This document shows, in pieces, positions 59,756 through 62,575 of a stretch of DNA of 62,575 nucleotides. The stretch lies in the IMG/VR virus record IMGVR_UViG_3300006751_000011, positions 1 to 62,575 of that record, one strand, 5' to 3'. Within the stretch, counting starts at the first letter, position 1. Each line of letters starts with the position of its first letter. The notes under the pieces were generated by a model. The model did no database searches. It saw only the letters and a list, made by a program, of their open reading frames with translations, and was not told where the DNA came from. The DNA is from a virus. Its lineage: Duplodnaviria > Caudoviricetes. Position numbers and translations under genes: made by a program.

Positions 59756-60675
59756 GAAAAACGCTCGGCTCAAATTATACGTCAGGTAGGGAAACTCTGT
59801 TCTTCTGCCCGAAGTGTAAGCACCATAAACGTAAGCTGTCCGTGAATATAGGCGCAGATAAATTTAAGTGCTGGGTGTGTGACTATTCTGGAAGAGCCAT
59901 TAGACAGTTGGTCCGTAGCTATGGAGACTACCGCGTCCTGTGTGAGTGGGATGAGCTTACCAACCACACCGACATCAACTCCTTTGAGGATTTATTTAAA
60001 GAGAAGGAAGAACAACCTGAGTCGGAAGTTACGCTTCCAGAAGAGTTCAAGACGCTTGCGACCAAAAACTTGCCACTGTGTACGATGCCTGTACGAAAGT
60101 ATTTATCAGACCGTGGCATCACTCGTGGTGACATTTTACAGTGGAAGATGGGATACTGCATCTCAGGAGATTACGCCGGTCGCGCCATTATCCCATCCTT
60201 TTCTGATGACGGTTCTCTTAACTATTTTGTCGCAAGGAGTTATAATGGTAACTGGAAAAAATACATGAACCCCCCCGCATCGCGGAACATTGTGTTTAAC
60301 GACCTAATGATCGACTGGGAAGAAGATATAATTCTGGTTGAGGGCGCATTTGACGCGATCAAGGCTGGCAGTAATGCCATTCCACTCCTGGGATCACAAC
60401 TGAACGAGAATTCTAAACTATTTCAAAAGATTGTCAAGTACAATCCAAAGGTTTTTTTAGCTCTAGACCCCGACGCTGAGAAAAAATCTGCAAGATTAAT
60501 CAAAAAAATGTTGACATATGGTGTTGAATTGTATAAAGTAGAAATAATGCCGTATTCTGATGTCGGCGAGATGTCAAAAGACGAATTTGAGAGCAGGAAG
60601 GCACAGGCTAGTCCTGTGTCATCATCATTTGGAGACTTTTTCCAATACCTACTGGAAAGAACGGTTAAAATATGA
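59728..60675 (+). CDS. DNA primase (zinc finger plus TOPRIM)
   Basis: CPKC..H..KCWVC, YLSDRGI, IIP..YFVAR, KYMNP, LVEGAFD and LALDPDA. Confidence 0.88.
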   Translation: MQARKLKLLRKTLGSNYTSGRETLFFCPKCKHHKRKLSVNIGADKFKCWVCDYSGRAIRQLVRSYGDYRVLCEWDELTNHTDINSFEDLFKEKEEQPESEVTLPEEFKTLATKNLPLCTMPVRKYLSDRGITRGDILQWKMGYCISGDYAGRAIIPSFSDDGSLNYFVARSYNGNWKKYMNPPASRNIVFNDLMIDWEEDIILVEGAFDAIKAGSNAIPLLGSQLNENSKLFQKIVKYNPKVFLALDPDAEKKSARLIKKMLTYGVELYKVEIMPYSDVGEMSKDEFESRKAQASPVSSSFGDFFQYLLERTVKI

Positions 60676-62575
60676 AGTTTGCCCACATCGCGGATACACA
60701 TATTCGTAATTTAAAGTATCACTATGAATATAAAGCAGTTTTTGAACAGCTTTATGAGAAACTCCGAGAGGAAAAGGTAGATTATATTGTCCACTGCGGC
60801 GACATCGCCCATACGAAGACACAGATCTCCCCAGAATTCGTGGAAATGTGTGCTAATTTTCTAGACACGCTGTCGGACATCGCGCCCACATACGTTATAT
60901 TGGGTAACCACGACGGTAATCTACGGAACTCAAGTCGTCAGGACGCTTTGTCGCCGATTGCCGACGCTTTAAATAAGCCCACTCTACATTTGCTTAAAGA
61001 CTCCGGAGAACATCGCGTTAATGATGCTGTGACATTGAATGTTCTATCGGTATTCGATACGGAAAATTGGATCCAGCCCAGCGACTTGGACAAAATTAAT
61101 ATCGCGCTGTATCACGGATCAATTAGCGGCATAAAAACAGATACCGGTTGGGTAATGGAGCACGGCGAAAATGATATTAGTATTTTTGATAATTTTGATT
61201 ATGCTTTCCTCGGCGACATCCACAAAACCAATCAAACCTTAGATGAGGCAGGTCGGATACGTTATCCTGGTTCAACAGTCCAGCAAAACCATGGCGAAAC
61301 AAATGACAAGGGGCTTTTAATATGGGAAATCAAAGACAAAACAAACTATTCCTGCGATCATCACGTATTACCAAACCCAAAACCATTCGTGACAATCGAA
61401 TTGACGGCGAAGGGGCGAATTCCGAAGGGGACATCCCCACCCAAAGGCGCCCGAGTACGCCTAGTGTCAAACAACAACCTCCCGCTCGACAGGATGCGCC
61501 GCGCAGTAGACGTTGCCAAGACTAGATTCAAACCAGAGTCAATAACCTTCTTAAATAGGGCTTCAGGCACCCGTGGTTCTATTGAAGACTTGGCAGACGA
61601 TCTTAAACACGAAGATCTCCGAAGCATTCCGGTACAGGAAGAGTTGATGGACGAGTATTTGAAAGAATATCAGCCAGAAACCGAAGACTTAGAACGTATT
61701 TACGCATTGAATAAGAAATATAACTCGACTGTGCAGGAAAATGACGAGATCGCCAGAAATGTTAATTGGAAACTCAACTCTCTGGAATGGGACGGTCTTT
61801 TTAACTATGGAGACGGCAATCAAATTGATTTCAATAATCTGAATGGGATTGTCGGTATCTTTGGTAAAAACTTCTCTGGAAAGTCAAGTATTATTGACAG
61901 TTTCTTATATACACTCTTCAATTCAACATCAAAAAACGTCAGGAAGAACCTCAATATCATAAACCAGACAAAAGATTCCGGCTCTGGCAGGGTTGAGATC
62001 GAGATCGCAAACAAAAAGTATTTTGTTGAGAGGAACTCCGAAAAATATGTTAAGCGCCTTAAGGGAGAGGAAACAACGGAAGCTAAGACTGATGTTGAGT
62101 TCTACAGTTTTGATGAGGTCACTCAAGAAAAGACTAGTCTGAATGGCACTACCCGTGCAGCGACAGATAAGGCAATCCGGCGAGTCTTTGGAGGACTGGA
62201 TGATTTCTTGTTGACATCTATGTCTTCTCAGCTTGGTTCCCTATCCTTCATTAGCGAGGGTTCTACGCGCCGTAAAGAGATCCTAGCGAAGTTCCTAGAC
62301 CTAGAGGTCTTTGATAAAAAATTTAAACTTGCAAGGGAAGAAGCGCAGGACTTACGCGGCGCAATCAAGCGTCTAGAGGACCGAGACTTTGACGCGGAGA
62401 TAAAGGAAGCTAAACAGACGTTGTTTGAAAACGAGGCGACGAATCTTAAGCATAAGAACTCTTGCACGGCTATTAAAAAGAAGATCAAGCGCCAAGAGAA
62501 CAAACTTAAAAAACTAGAGGAGCAGATCGCCGCAGTCCCCGCTGAACCGATTAATATTGAGGAATGCCTGACCAA
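60672..62575 (+). CDS. Fused SbcD/Mre11 nuclease and SbcC/Rad50 ATPase (3'-truncated by the window)
   Basis: Not in the ORF track. The frame from ATG 60672 reads HIADTH, HCGD, GNHD, YHG, LGDIH and YPGS, then in frame WKLNSLEWDGLFNYG, Walker A GKNFSGKSS (from 61863), a Q-loop-like MSSQ and a coiled coil. Confidence 0.92.
   Translation, partial: MKFAHIADTHIRNLKYHYEYKAVFEQLYEKLREEKVDYIVHCGDIAHTKTQISPEFVEMCANFLDTLSDIAPTYVILGNHDGNLRNSSRQDALSPIADALNKPTLHLLKDSGEHRVNDAVTLNVLSVFDTENWIQPSDLDKINIALYHGSISGIKTDTGWVMEHGENDISIFDNFDYAFLGDIHKTNQTLDEAGRIRYPGSTVQQNHGETNDKGLLIWEIKDKTNYSCDHHVLPNPKPFVTIELTAKGRIPKGTSPPKGARVRLVSNNNLPLDRMRRAVDVAKTRFKPESITFLNRASGTRGSIEDLADDLKHEDLRSIPVQEELMDEYLKEYQPETEDLERIYALNKKYNSTVQENDEIARNVNWKLNSLEWDGLFNYGDGNQIDFNNLNGIVGIFGKNFSGKSSIIDSFLYTLFNSTSKNVRKNLNIINQTKDSGSGRVEIEIANKKYFVERNSEKYVKRLKGEETTEAKTDVEFYSFDEVTQEKTSLNGTTRAATDKAIRRVFGGLDDFLLTSMSSQLGSLSFISEGSTRRKEILAKFLDLEVFDKKFKLAREEAQDLRGAIKRLEDRDFDAEIKEAKQTLFENEATNLKHKNSCTAIKKKIKRQENKLKKLEEQIAAVPAEPINIEECLT

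Noticed and set aside
61322-62575. Short ORFs listed in the track at the right end
   Set aside because: All are off-frame or antisense to the SbcD-SbcC fusion, which occupies this region.

Overview
This 62.6-kb window looks like part of a large (probably jumbo) contractile-tailed dsDNA phage that uses the standard genetic code. Almost all genes are on the + strand and tightly coupled. From left to right it holds: (1) two Ser/Thr/Gly-rich putative virion proteins and a Fis-like HTH protein; (2) an RNA cluster behind a near-consensus sigma70 promoter, with an unexplained ~140-nt structured RNA, a one-piece tmRNA (tag ANDNVSFDYALAA) and tRNAs Thr, Asn and Arg, interrupted by two overlapping ORFs that share one tandem repeat; (3) ClpP, a trypsin-like lipoprotein protease, PIN-PhoH, an HEXXH protein and a Cas4-like nuclease; (4) a 12-gene, ~10.6-kb soluble glycan biosynthesis and modification operon, including a split WbdD-like methyltransferase/kinase pair; (5) a gp55-like late sigma factor; (6) a ~37-kb baseplate/tail module with a three-enzyme spike-like protein, a (PE)n-SH3b giant, gp25, gp6 and a 3820-aa LamG protein; (7) a RuvC-like resolvase, a primase and an SbcD-SbcC fusion that the ORF track missed. 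The best candidate for an undescribed system is phage-encoded virion glycosylation: a cytoplasmic glycan pathway with a possible methyl-phosphate cap, plus baseplate proteins studded with a recurring [S/T]-[G/A/S]-S motif that could be the acceptor site. All calls come from motif recognition by eye; no database searches were run.
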